A stretch of DNA of 62,009 bases, the filler included, from Nitrospinae bacterium RIFCSPLOWO2_12_FULL_45_22 (GTDB lineage: Bacteria; 2-12-FULL-45-22): NCBI GenBank assembly GCA_001803565.1. It is 7 parts of 7 records of this genome, joined end to end, with 100 filler letters (N's around TTAATTAATTAA, not from the genome) between each part and the next. Parts side by side here need not be neighbours in the genome. Positions count along the whole stretch, not along the records: positions 1 to 11,037 come from MHDQ01000162.1; 6 more parts are not named here. One strand, 5' to 3'. The position numbers were made by a program, and so were the translations under genes. The notes under the pieces are model-generated. The model was not told the origin of the DNA. It was given only the letters and a program-made list of their open reading frames with translations, and ran no database searches. Of this stretch, positions 1 to 10,120 are shown one piece after another; the stretch's first letter is position 1, and the number at the start of each line of letters is the position of its first letter.

Positions 1-1176
1 TCCAAACCTCTCGGCCAGATTATCCCAGGAAAAATTCTCTTTCACATAATCCAGCCCATTCTTGACCAGTCTTTCTCTCAGGTTTTTTTCTCGTAATAAG
101 CAGATTATTTTCTCGGCCAGATCACCCGGGTCTTTGGGCCTGGCCAATAAGCCGGTCTCACCATCTTTTATAATATCCGGTATCCCACCCACCCTATTGC
201 CAATAACCGGCACCCCAGCAGCCATAGCCTCTAGCAGAACAACACCCAGCCCTTCGGTACAACCCTGGTCATCTATGATAGAAGGAAGGATAAAGATGTC
301 GGCCTGATGAAACCGCTCCGGTAATTCTTCCTGGGAAATATAATCCTCGAATATAACTGCTTCCGCTATTCTCAGATCAGACGAAAGCTTGGCCAGCCTG
401 TCCTTTTCCGGCCCATTACCTACCAGGATCAGTTTGGTGGCCGGATATTCTGCTAACACCCGGGGCAAGGCCTCGATTAAAAAATTTACCCCTTTTAGGT
501 TGATCAAGCGCCCAATATAAAGCAGGATATTATCCTTTCCGCTCTCCTCCTTAGCCCGGTTTTGACCGGTTAGGTTAAATTGGCCTATATCTACCCCCAT
601 TGGGATTAATACATACCTCCCCGCCGGAGATAGTCGCTGCACTGCCGTCAAGGTTGAGGAACTATTAACCGTACAGAGATGGGCCTGGCTTATAACCCTG
701 GCTTTGATAGCACTCCAAAACTTAGAGGTCAGAGCATAGACATCAGAGCCATGAATGGTTAGAACCAATGGTATCTTTTTAGTCTTTTTCAGGAAAACCC
801 CGGTCAATCCCTGGGGGATAAGCCAATGGGCATGCAGGATATCAAGCCGTTCCTTCTCCAAAACTCTCTTGGTCCAGAACAGTTCAGAGGCTATGAAGAA
901 AGGGACCTGGCAGGTAGCCAACCTGCTCTTTTTTATGTTAGACAGGATACCACTACCATAGCATAACCTATGATATTTAACGGGCCAGAAATAGGGGAAC
1001 CGATAAATCTTTATCCCATCCCAGATTTCGAACCGGGCATAGCCCGGGGCAAAAGGCGCTATTATTACCAGCTCGAACCCCTTTTCGGTCAGTTTTCTGG
1101 CCAGGTGATAAAGAAAATTACCCGCATAATCCCCATCAAACCGGGGAAAAGAAGAGGTCAGTATACCGATCTTCAT
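1..1176 (-). CDS. Glycosyltransferase family 4 (GT-B), 3' end runs off the window; missing from the ORF track
   Basis: Manual translation from ATG at 1176: MKIGILTSSFPRFDGDYAGNFLYHLARKL...; contains the GT4 signature EGLGVVLLEAMAAGVPVIG and ends ...FSWDNLAERFG at the edge. Confidence 0.9.
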   Translation of the reverse strand, partial: MKIGILTSSFPRFDGDYAGNFLYHLARKLTEKGFELVIIAPFAPGYARFEIWDGIKIYRFPYFWPVKYHRLCYGSGILSNIKKSRLATCQVPFFIASELFWTKRVLEKERLDILHAHWLIPQGLTGVFLKKTKKIPLVLTIHGSDVYALTSKFWSAIKARVISQAHLCTVNSSSTLTAVQRLSPAGRYVLIPMGVDIGQFNLTGQNRAKEESGKDNILLYIGRLINLKGVNFLIEALPRVLAEYPATKLILVGNGPEKDRLAKLSSDLRIAEAVIFEDYISQEELPERFHQADIFILPSIIDDQGCTEGLGVVLLEAMAAGVPVIGNRVGGIPDIIKDGETGLLARPKDPGDLAEKIICLLREKNLRERLVKNGLDYVKENFSWDNLAERFG

Positions 1177-1178
1177 CT

Positions 1179-3284
1179 TTATGGCACCTGTAAGGTATCC
1201 TGTTTTTTTAACATCGTCTCTGCATATTGTTTTGTGTATTCCAGGGTTTTATCGCCGGGCTTAAGGGCCAGGGCGGTATTGATGGCTTTCAAGGCTTCTC
1301 GGGGCTGACCATTCCTCAGGAAGGCGATAGCCAGTTGATAATGACCGGTGGGTGATAATGGGTCCAGTCTAATATATTCAGAGAATGTCTTTATGGCATC
1401 TTTTGGGCTTCCCCTATCCAGCATTATGACCCCTAAGCCAAAGATTATATCTTTCTCTACCGGATCAAAATCTTTCCCCTGGTATATATCTTGATGGGAA
1501 TAGAAAGATTTCTGCAGGTAATAGGTGGCTTTTTCAAATTCTTTTCTCTCGGCCAGGAGACGGCCATAGAAAATATTCAAGACCGTCGAATTAGGGTTTA
1601 CCATTATAAGCTCATTGAATTCCTTAAAGGCTAAATCTAAATTTTTTCTTCGATAATAGTAGAGATAGATCTCGTTGTTTATCCGGCTCAGCTCTGAGTA
1701 TGACTCATAATCAGCTAAATACCTATTATCTTTTATATCCTCCTCCCACCTTATCCGATACCCCAGATGTTGTTTAAAATCGGCTTCTTCTATCTCCACC
1801 CCCTGTTTGAGCCCGTTGAATTTAAATACCAGTCCATTAGGTATCAGTCTCTGATAAAATAATTCTGTCTTTCGACCACCTACCCAGTAAAAATTGAATC
1901 TATCCCACCCATTAATTAGCTGCTTTTCAAGTATGTCTATGGTGGAGAATTCCATGAGATGGACAGTTAAGACATCTCTTCGCCGGTTCTCTACGGTTTG
2001 GAAATACCAAATCGGGAAGTGAGGAACTGATTTGCTCGTAATTAAACAGGTTGTATACTCAAGAGAAGATAAGAGGTTCTTCCCGTAGGCATATAAGGTA
2101 TAAAAGCCTGTAAGGTTATTCAGGCTATAATTATTCAATAAGTTTTGCCCTGCCTGTACTAATAGGGCGAGGCCAACGATTGAGCCCATAGCCCCTATTT
2201 TTAACCCTCTCCAACGCATGGACTCGCGGTAGCCGCCAGCCAGGCTTAATAGCCCCCAGGCACCCAGTCCTATCCAGATAGAATAGATTAAGAACGTGGG
2301 GATAAATCCAAAAGAGGCATCCCAGAACCTGATAAAGAAAAGCCAATTGCCCATAAAGATCAATAAAGTGAGGCCGCCCACCAGGACATCCTTGCGGAAT
2401 AGATAAATAAGACCGATTATTCCCAATAATATCCCCAATATGGACAGCTCACCCTGCAGAAACCCCAGGTATCGCCAGCATTGCTGAGGGAGCAGTTGGA
2501 TGGATGAAGACATTTGGGCTACGACTCCTTTGTCTCCCTGCATCACCCGGCTGGCGGTTATATGCTGCCAGAAATAATGCCAATTTGAAGTATGACCCAA
2601 TTGTAAAGGAGCTCCAGCAACATATCTCATGGGTAGATAGAGATAGACAGAAAAACCCATCAATCCGCAAAAGGCTAGCTGGAACAGCCTCTTAGGGGCA
2701 AGATTTTTCCGGTCAAGCATCGCAAATAACAGGGCAAAGGCAGGTAGAAACATAGCATTGGTCATATGGACTCCCAGGCTAAGACTGAAAAGTAAGCTTA
2801 TTACTAAGATAATACGAAAGTCTCTGACTCCGGGCTTAAATTTATAAAGCAGGGCTAGATAGATCATTAGGATGATAAACAATTCCTGGAGGTTATATAC
2901 CTCGGCCGTAAGGGACCAGCGCCAGAAGGCAAACGAAAAACCAAATAACATAACTGTCCCTGCGGCTATTAGGTGGCCATAAGGATATAAGGGCCTATCC
3001 GTTCGGTCCGACCCCAACTGTCCAAATAGAAGCTGCAGGGTCTTGAAGAGAAAAAAAAGGGTAAAGACGGCACATAAAGAAGAGAAGAGGTTTATCCGGA
3101 ATGCTATGCTTCCCCATGGCAGAAAGGTAGGTATTTTAGCCAGAAGATTATAAGTAGGTGAACCGGGCGGGTGGGAGATACTTAAAGTATAAGCAGTAGC
3201 TACAAACTCAGAGGAGTCCCGCCAAAAGATCTGGGGTGAGACCGTCATCAGATAAATCAAGAAGAAAAGCGAGCATAACCACAT
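1179..3284 (-). CDS. DUF2723 / TMEM260-like multi-pass membrane glycosyltransferase (GT-C) with C-terminal TPRs
   Basis: DSSEFVATAYTLSISHPPGSPTY and AEVYNL motifs typical of DUF2723; many hydrophobic helices; TPR-like tail (AIKTFSEYIRLDPLSPTGHYQLAIAF...ALALKPG). Confidence 0.85.
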   Translation of the reverse strand: MWLCSLFFLIYLMTVSPQIFWRDSSEFVATAYTLSISHPPGSPTYNLLAKIPTFLPWGSIAFRINLFSSLCAVFTLFFLFKTLQLLFGQLGSDRTDRPLYPYGHLIAAGTVMLFGFSFAFWRWSLTAEVYNLQELFIILMIYLALLYKFKPGVRDFRIILVISLLFSLSLGVHMTNAMFLPAFALLFAMLDRKNLAPKRLFQLAFCGLMGFSVYLYLPMRYVAGAPLQLGHTSNWHYFWQHITASRVMQGDKGVVAQMSSSIQLLPQQCWRYLGFLQGELSILGILLGIIGLIYLFRKDVLVGGLTLLIFMGNWLFFIRFWDASFGFIPTFLIYSIWIGLGAWGLLSLAGGYRESMRWRGLKIGAMGSIVGLALLVQAGQNLLNNYSLNNLTGFYTLYAYGKNLLSSLEYTTCLITSKSVPHFPIWYFQTVENRRRDVLTVHLMEFSTIDILEKQLINGWDRFNFYWVGGRKTELFYQRLIPNGLVFKFNGLKQGVEIEEADFKQHLGYRIRWEEDIKDNRYLADYESYSELSRINNEIYLYYYRRKNLDLAFKEFNELIMVNPNSTVLNIFYGRLLAERKEFEKATYYLQKSFYSHQDIYQGKDFDPVEKDIIFGLGVIMLDRGSPKDAIKTFSEYIRLDPLSPTGHYQLAIAFLRNGQPREALKAINTALALKPGDKTLEYTKQYAETMLKKQDTLQVP

Positions 3285-3291
3285 CTATCTA

Positions 3292-4356
3292 TTATTCCTC
3301 CATTCCGTACTCCAGGTCATACATCAGGCGGGTAACGGTATACATATCTAATAGGGTGAGACCCAACCTGGCTAAAGTGGAATCGGCAATAGGGGGGTTA
3401 TAATCACAGGAGTGGCAGATAGTCACCTGTTCACGGCCTTGCAGGTGTTGCTCCCGGAAGCGCACCATCAGCTCACCATTCCAAACTTCATTTACCGATG
3501 CTTTTTTGAGGTTACCAACGGGGTAGGCACCATCGTAATCGCGGCAACACGGGACTACTGTACCATCCTGATAGACAGTGAGCCATTGCCAGGCCCGGTC
3601 ACATACCTTATCCCTCAATCCATCAATCTGCGAGTTATTACTATGATTGTCCAACTCATTGATCGAAGCTATATCACCCTGCCACCGGGTAAAGGGCTTG
3701 ATCAGGGCTTGAACCGGATAATTCTTCCAGAAATTCAGGAAATTCCTTAGTTCTCCCTCAGTCTCTTTCATTCGGATGACCTGGATAACAGTGTGGGGAT
3801 GGTTCAGAGGTGGAAGTTTGAGGAACCGCTCGATCTTCTCCCTTGTCTTTTGGTAACTGGCATTCCTCCGGATTATTTCATAAGTCTCCGGATAAAAACC
3901 ATCGAGGGATAGAATCAGGACATCAAGTTTTGACCGCCTAAGCCTCCAGGCATTCTCTTCGGTGAGCAAAGTTGCGTTAGTGGACAAAACAGTACGAATA
4001 CCTGCTTTGCAACAGTAATCAATCATCTCGTACAGGTGCGGGTTTAGCATGGACTCCCCTAGCAGGTGTAGGATAGCTATCTCGACCTTCCCAACCGCTT
4101 CATCAATAATCTTGTAAAACAAGGCTGGGTCCATATCGCCCACCGGTCGCGTAATCCCTTGCCGGGGGCACATAATACATTCTAAATTGCACCGGTTCGT
4201 AATCTCGATCTGCAGTACCACCGGAAAGGCTGCTATCCTGGTATTCCTATTCTGATAGCCCCGCATCAGCCGGATCCGATTCCTCAGGTGCTTCGGGGAT
4301 ACGGTATGGGTATTGAGATATCTTAGAATATTTAGATAAGCTAATCGCATATCCAA
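3292..4356 (-). CDS. Radical SAM protein with SPASM/twitch domain
   Basis: EITNRCNLECIMC (CxxxCxxC); C-terminal CDRAW...DGTVVPCCRDY...CHSC. Confidence 0.92.
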   Translation of the reverse strand: MDMRLAYLNILRYLNTHTVSPKHLRNRIRLMRGYQNRNTRIAAFPVVLQIEITNRCNLECIMCPRQGITRPVGDMDPALFYKIIDEAVGKVEIAILHLLGESMLNPHLYEMIDYCCKAGIRTVLSTNATLLTEENAWRLRRSKLDVLILSLDGFYPETYEIIRRNASYQKTREKIERFLKLPPLNHPHTVIQVIRMKETEGELRNFLNFWKNYPVQALIKPFTRWQGDIASINELDNHSNNSQIDGLRDKVCDRAWQWLTVYQDGTVVPCCRDYDGAYPVGNLKKASVNEVWNGELMVRFREQHLQGREQVTICHSCDYNPPIADSTLARLGLTLLDMYTVTRLMYDLEYGMEE

Positions 4357-4384
4357 GCCTTTAGCATCTTGGTATGGTTGGCAT

Positions 4385-5440
4385 TTAGTTTTCCCGAGAA
4401 TTCACGGGTTGGCTGGTAGTTCCCTCTAAAAACTCTGGTATCTCCCTGAGGGTTGTTATCCAGCAATCACCTTGTTTGCTTAAGAATTCTAATAACCCGC
4501 GATAGAATTTTAGCTTCTTTTTTATCAGGCAGGGGTGGGTATTTATTACTGCCACTCCTCCCTTAGATAATATATTCTGGATGATTCTCTTTATTGTTTC
4601 TAACCCCTCTTCCTCGCTCAGGGAAAAATCCCTGAAGAGGGTATCGTCCTGAATGGCCAGTGGTATTTCCCATAGGTTTAGCCCGGGGTAATGGTAGGGG
4701 AGACATATCCCTACCCCGGAATAGAAGGTAGAGGCTAATCTAGCTGAAGAATCATAAAGAAACCCCATATTATTTAACACGGTCAATAGCGATTCACTCA
4801 CGGCCAGGGCAGGGGCCCGAAAGCCCACTATAGGAAAAGGTAAGGTTTCTAATGCCTTTTGGATATGCCTTTCTATGGTTTGCCTGTCCCGACAGCCCAG
4901 AGCAATATCATGATAATAACCATGTAACCCAATCTCAAAACCTTCACTGATAAGCTTTTGGATAGTTTCCTGGTCGCATTTATAGCCACCATTACTCAGC
5001 AAGTTGAAGCTAGATCTAAAGCCAAACTCCTTCTCTATTCGGGCCAGTTCTGGTATAAATCTATACCCCTCCAGAAAATCTACATCATGTGTCAGGCAAG
5101 CAGCCGCCCGTTTCCCATTCCAATTTATACCCGCTGCCATAAGGTCTATCTTTATCTTTTCTAAATATTTCATCAAGGCCATATCTCCCACATCCCTTAT
5201 CCTTTTATGCCCCAGGGTCTTTATTTTTTTCATGACAGAACCGAGAAAATAACGGGTGTTGGGCGATACCCTTTCCATAATACTCTGCATAAGCAATCGC
5301 ACCTTCTGTTCCCCTTTGGAAGGGATCTTCAATCCCAAGCCAGCTTTAAATATCTCTAACTGTACGGGATGAATAACCTCCTTCATCCTCGATATATCTT
5401 CTCCTAACCAGAGGGCTAAATTCCGATATATCTCTTCCAT
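4385..5440 (-). CDS. Polysaccharide deacetylase (CE4/NodB-like) family protein
   Basis: LTHDVD, EIGLHGYYH, GFRAP, YDSS, EIPL and NTHP motifs. Start placed at ATG 5440 (MEEIYRNL, GGAAGG upstream) rather than 5491. Confidence 0.85.
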   Translation of the reverse strand: MEEIYRNLALWLGEDISRMKEVIHPVQLEIFKAGLGLKIPSKGEQKVRLLMQSIMERVSPNTRYFLGSVMKKIKTLGHKRIRDVGDMALMKYLEKIKIDLMAAGINWNGKRAAACLTHDVDFLEGYRFIPELARIEKEFGFRSSFNLLSNGGYKCDQETIQKLISEGFEIGLHGYYHDIALGCRDRQTIERHIQKALETLPFPIVGFRAPALAVSESLLTVLNNMGFLYDSSARLASTFYSGVGICLPYHYPGLNLWEIPLAIQDDTLFRDFSLSEEEGLETIKRIIQNILSKGGVAVINTHPCLIKKKLKFYRGLLEFLSKQGDCWITTLREIPEFLEGTTSQPVNSREN

Positions 5441-5492
5441 AGGAGAGCCTTCCATCTGTTCAAGACTTCTTTTACATTCACTAATTCTCAAT

Positions 5493-6842
5493 TTAAAACC
5501 GTATAAGTAGCATAAAATATCTAGTAAAATGCTTGATCATCCTGGGATTTCTGTAGAACCATATAGATAACTCCCATGCTTTAGAGAGTCTGAAGTAAAA
5601 TTTCCGCCACGCAATTCTACACAACTCATCTATCCTTCTGGGGCTCAGGTTATGAATCTTCTCATCCCTTTTCGAATATAACTCGCTCCCTTCAAGAAAG
5701 GACAATTTATAAAACTTAGCAAAGGTTGGGTCAGCCCTTAAAGAGAAGAGCATATTTCTAGATATGGTTTCTTCGTTGTCTCCCGGCAATCCAAAGATAA
5801 AATCCAGTAAGACCATAAAGCCAATACTTTTTGCCTTTTTTATCAGTTCTAAGGCCTTGTCTGGTGATCCTGGGTCCCTGTTTACCTCTTTTAACACTAT
5901 TGGGTCCGCTGACTGCAATCCTATCTTCAAGGTATCGCACCCTGCTTTTTTCATTTTTATCAGCACTTCTTCAGGCATATAATGAGGATGGTTTATACAA
6001 CTCCAGTTAAACTTAAAATTTTTCCTGATAAGCTGATCACAAAAGTTTGCCAACCATTTGTTATCCAGTGTGAATGTATCATCAATTATATCTATATATT
6101 TCACCCTATATTTTTCATAAACCTCATCAATTTCAGCCATAACATTTTCCACTGACCTTCTACGTACTTTCCCTCTCCAGAATTGGGAAGAAGCACAATA
6201 GGTACAGTTCATTGGACATCCCCGTGAAGTGATCAATGTGGTATACGGTTCTTTGACAGTAAAGATATATCGGTCATAATATTTATCAAAAGGTAGTCTC
6301 TCGCGAGCCGGGAAGGGTAGGCTGTCTAAATTAGATACTAATTCTCGGGGAGGGTTCGTAATCATATCGCCATTTTCTGAATAAGTAATCCCTTTAATCT
6401 CCGACTTCTCCAGTTTTCCTTCAAGGCAACCGGCAATATCCAGCACTGTCAGATCTCCCTCGCCATTACAAATAATATTTACAATACCTTGAAAATTTCC
6501 ATTTTGTGAGAGCGAAGCTGGCCCTCCCATTACTATAGGAATATTTAATTGGGATTTTATTAATTTTAAATATTCTAATACCGTCTTTTTGGTCGCCATA
6601 TCGGCATAAAAACCCACAAACAGATAATCCTCGCTTTTTATCTTGTTAACAAGTTTTTGAGAAGAAATAGGTGCTATGGTTGTGTCAATTATTTCGGTTA
6701 AATATCCTCCTTTCTCTAATGATGCGCTTATATACATTAGCCCCAGTGGTGGGTACCGCCGCATATGATATGCCCTTTTCATATTTGCATAAAGCATATC
6801 GTATTGCCTTGGGTGAACTAAAAGAATTTTCCGCTTAGCCAT
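5493..6842 (-). CDS. Cobalamin-binding radical SAM protein (class B methyltransferase-like)
   Basis: YPPLGLMYISA, GGP and GEGD in the B12-binding domain; TSRGCPMNCTYC; DDTFT; FIFGLPG. Confidence 0.92.
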   Translation of the reverse strand: MAKRKILLVHPRQYDMLYANMKRAYHMRRYPPLGLMYISASLEKGGYLTEIIDTTIAPISSQKLVNKIKSEDYLFVGFYADMATKKTVLEYLKLIKSQLNIPIVMGGPASLSQNGNFQGIVNIICNGEGDLTVLDIAGCLEGKLEKSEIKGITYSENGDMITNPPRELVSNLDSLPFPARERLPFDKYYDRYIFTVKEPYTTLITSRGCPMNCTYCASSQFWRGKVRRRSVENVMAEIDEVYEKYRVKYIDIIDDTFTLDNKWLANFCDQLIRKNFKFNWSCINHPHYMPEEVLIKMKKAGCDTLKIGLQSADPIVLKEVNRDPGSPDKALELIKKAKSIGFMVLLDFIFGLPGDNEETISRNMLFSLRADPTFAKFYKLSFLEGSELYSKRDEKIHNLSPRRIDELCRIAWRKFYFRLSKAWELSIWFYRNPRMIKHFTRYFMLLIRF

Positions 6843-6905
6843 ATTTGTAATAAGGTTCCTCTAAATTGCGGTATATTTCTTCCAATCTTCCCTCTCCTGG
6901 GGCTA

Positions 6906-7234
6906 TCATCTCAGGGCAATCTGGAAAAGGACCCCTAAGACAGCCAGCAAGACCGCTACTTGAATGCCCACCGTCCAGCGAAAATGCTGATCCATCTTTT
7001 GATCCAGGGCCGTAATCCTCTTGTCTATCCGCTCCTCAAGGGAGTTAATCCGTTTATCTATACGCTCCTCAAAGGAGCTAACCCGGTTATCTATCCGTTC
7101 TTCAAGGAGGTAAATCGTTGTTTTATCTCTTGAAGATCCTCCTTGAACCCCAAAAATACCTTCTCTTGCGCCTCCTTCCATCCTTCAATAAAAGTCAATC
7201 GGCGATCCAGGTCTTGTAAGGTAAGCTCTACCAT
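6906..7234 (-). pseudogene. Coiled-coil protein with C-terminal TM anchor (CCDC90/DUF1640-like), frameshifted near 7105
   Basis: GGAGGG RBS then ATG 7234: MVELTLQDLDRRL...EIKQRFTSL reaches TAG at 7093-7091. Restoring one base (TCC CTT GAA, as in the next repeat units) joins it to EERIDNRVSSFEERIDKRINSLEERIDKR...FRWTVGIQVAVLLAVLGVLFQIALR. Confidence 0.7.
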
Positions 7235-7251
7235 GGTTAAAAAACCCTCCC

Positions 7252-8682
7252 TTATTTATTACTGGCCTTAACCCATTCCCAAATCCTGCGGAATAGGCCC
7301 AATCCACCTCTCAAATAGACTTTAAATTCTTCCCAGGAGGTAATATTTCTTAATATGCGCAAGAGTTGCTGGGGCCTCAGATAAAACCTCAAATATGCCT
7401 CAACCAAAAACTTTTGCAGATCCCTCCGCGAGAGGCCATCTGGTTCTATTAAGGGTGTTATGCCTTTGGGGATAAAATTATCCCAATTTCTCATCCCTAC
7501 TGGATCAAGAGGTAGATACCTTTCATATTCCTCGGTCCCGGGGAAAGGGGTCATGATATTAAAAGAGGCAATCACCGGGTTTAATTCCCGTGCCAGGGCA
7601 ATAGTCTTCTTGATGCTCGCTCTGGTATCGCCAGGGTTAGCCAGCATAAATCCCGCTTCGGTCTTAAGGCCTATCTTATTGGCCAGGTGCAGTGCCTTAC
7701 GGGCCTGTTCAACGGTGGTCCCTTTCTTAATATTTTTTAAGACCTGAGGGTCAGCCGATTCAATACCAAAGAACATACTGAAACATCCGGCCTTTTTCAT
7801 CGTCTCATAGAGATCAACTGTGGCATTATCTACCCGGGCAAAACAGAACCAGCCAATATCTAATCCTTGTTCAATGATCTGGTTACAGATAGCCACCACT
7901 CTTTGCTTATCAATAGTAAAGGTGTCGTCCACAATAACGAAATCCTGGATGCCATATTCTGTAACCAGGTGTCTTATTTCTCTCAAGACGTACTCCGGGC
8001 TGTGTTTCCTAAAACGGTTTCCCATCGTCACGGCTGTGGCACAGAAGGTACATGGGGCGGGACAACCGCGGCTGGTAAGGATAGTAGCACTCTTTCTCCC
8101 CCGGTATAGATGGACCTGGGGCCGGTATAGATTCAGATCCACCATCTCCCGGGCTGGGAAAGGTAACTGATCTAGATTCTGGATAAGGGTCCTAGGCGGG
8201 GTCTTCTCTAAGCGACCATTACCTCGATAGGCAATACCCTTTATATCTTGAAGAACTTCTTTTCCGCTCTCCAGGTGCCTACAAAGCTCCTCCATGGTTT
8301 CTTCCCCCTCGCCTATGACCACTATGTCAAACTCAGGATAATCTCTCAAGGTCTCCAGGGGAAGGGCCGAGGCATGGACCCCACCAATAATTGTGGTCGG
8401 TTTAGAGACTTCTTTGGCTAAGTGCGCCATCCTAATAGCCCCTTTGAAATTAGCTGTGGCACTAGATATCCCTACCAAATCCGGCTCTTTACTCTTGAGG
8501 TACTCTTTTATTGCTCCATCGCTCATACCTAATGGCTCTGGGTCTAGCAAGGAGACTTGATGGCCGGCATCCCGCAATACTGCCGCCACATAACCTACGC
8601 CCAGGGAAAAGGTATGGTTCTTACCCACATTTAGGGTCCCATAGACATCTAGATAAGGCGCACTTATCAAGACAATCTTCAT
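7252..8682 (-). CDS. Cobalamin-binding radical SAM protein
   Basis: SLGVGYVAAVL, GGVHASA, GEGE; TSRGCPAPCTFC; DDTFT; TPFPGT. Confidence 0.92.
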   Translation of the reverse strand: MKIVLISAPYLDVYGTLNVGKNHTFSLGVGYVAAVLRDAGHQVSLLDPEPLGMSDGAIKEYLKSKEPDLVGISSATANFKGAIRMAHLAKEVSKPTTIIGGVHASALPLETLRDYPEFDIVVIGEGEETMEELCRHLESGKEVLQDIKGIAYRGNGRLEKTPPRTLIQNLDQLPFPAREMVDLNLYRPQVHLYRGRKSATILTSRGCPAPCTFCATAVTMGNRFRKHSPEYVLREIRHLVTEYGIQDFVIVDDTFTIDKQRVVAICNQIIEQGLDIGWFCFARVDNATVDLYETMKKAGCFSMFFGIESADPQVLKNIKKGTTVEQARKALHLANKIGLKTEAGFMLANPGDTRASIKKTIALARELNPVIASFNIMTPFPGTEEYERYLPLDPVGMRNWDNFIPKGITPLIEPDGLSRRDLQKFLVEAYLRFYLRPQQLLRILRNITSWEEFKVYLRGGLGLFRRIWEWVKASNK

Positions 8683-10118
8683 AGGTTTTTAACCTTTTCC
8701 CGGGAGAGGGAGAATACCTTCTTGCCGGCCTTGATAGCCCCGGTAAGCTCCTTAAGGGAGGTAGTTTTATAGAGCCTCTTGAAGATATACCGGGGCCGGA
8801 GATAGAACCGCTTATGGGCCAGTTGGAACAGCTCCAGGAGTTCCTCTCGAGATAAATTCTCCTCCCATACCGGGGTGATAAAATTTGGTGAAGGGTCTTG
8901 GGCAAACTTCTGCCAATAATCCTCTTTCAACAAGCCCAATCCCAATCCTTTTTCATAGAGCTCAGTACCGGGAAAGGGTGTAGTAATAGTGAACTGGGCA
9001 AAATCGGGGTTTAAGGCCAGGGCAAAATCTATAGTCTCAAGGATATGGTCTCGTTTTTCTCCTGGAGAGCCCAGCATAAAATCTGCCAGGACCGTTATCC
9101 CCAAATCCCTGGTCATTTTAACCGCCTCCAGGGCTTGTTTCTTAGTTATCCCTTTTTTTAAATTTTTCAGTATGTTATCGTTCCCGGATTCTATGCCATA
9201 GGATATCCGCTGGCAGCCAGATTTCTTTAATGCCTCCAGGACATATTTATCCACGGTATCAACCCGGGATCGGATAGCATAGCTAATATTTAGACCCTGC
9301 TCAATAATAAGATTACAAATAGCCAGTACCCGCTGCCGGTCTAAGGTAAAGATATCATCAAAGATCATAAATTCTTTTATACCCAGCCCCAGGCACTCTC
9401 TCAATTCAGCGACTACATTCTGAGGAGAGCGGGCACGAAATTTCTTCCCTAGATGGGGCCGGCCACAGAAGATACAGGAATAAGGACACCCCCGGCTGGT
9501 TATCATAGTCGTCATCAAAGAGCCTTTACTCATCACCGAAAAATATCTCTTATAAGGTGTAGCCCTGCGATCCGGGAAAGGGAAGGAGTCCGGGTCAGGG
9601 TTTAAATCAGCCATATCTGTATTATTGACCTCTCCTGATTTATCTTTCCATACCAGACCCTTTATTTCTTTCCAGTCACTCTTTTTTCCCAGACAATCAA
9701 TCAATCCCAAGAAAGTATTCTCTCCTTCACCCAGGACCAGGGAATCTACAAACGGGACGCTAATAGTCTCCTGAGGGAAAAGGAAGGGGTGTGATCCGCC
9801 CAGGCAGATATGGATATTGGGGTCCAGGCTTTTTATCCTCTGTGCTACTACTAAGACATCCAGCAGGGTAAAGGTCAGGGTGGTTATGCCGACCAGGTCC
9901 GGTTGGAACCCCCGCACTTTATTCTCTATTTCCTCCGGGGTTATCTTTTCGTCCGGACAATCGAGTATTTCTACTTGATGAGAAGAATTCTGCTTCAGAT
10001 ATGCTGCCAGATACATTAACCCTAACGGGGGATACACTCCGCTCTCCTTCTCAAAATAGTCGGACATATCTGCCCGGATAGGGTTCATTATCGGCGGGGC
10101 AACCAAAAGCACCCTCAT
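8679..10118 (-). CDS. Cobalamin-binding radical SAM protein
   Basis: YPPLGLMYLAAYL, GGSHP, GEGE; TSRGCPYSCIFC; DDIFT; TPFPGT. Overlaps the next gene by 4 nt (ATGA). Confidence 0.92.
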   Translation of the reverse strand: MRVLLVAPPIMNPIRADMSDYFEKESGVYPPLGLMYLAAYLKQNSSHQVEILDCPDEKITPEEIENKVRGFQPDLVGITTLTFTLLDVLVVAQRIKSLDPNIHICLGGSHPFLFPQETISVPFVDSLVLGEGENTFLGLIDCLGKKSDWKEIKGLVWKDKSGEVNNTDMADLNPDPDSFPFPDRRATPYKRYFSVMSKGSLMTTMITSRGCPYSCIFCGRPHLGKKFRARSPQNVVAELRECLGLGIKEFMIFDDIFTLDRQRVLAICNLIIEQGLNISYAIRSRVDTVDKYVLEALKKSGCQRISYGIESGNDNILKNLKKGITKKQALEAVKMTRDLGITVLADFMLGSPGEKRDHILETIDFALALNPDFAQFTITTPFPGTELYEKGLGLGLLKEDYWQKFAQDPSPNFITPVWEENLSREELLELFQLAHKRFYLRPRYIFKRLYKTTSLKELTGAIKAGKKVFSLSREKVKNL

Positions 10119-10120
10119 TA

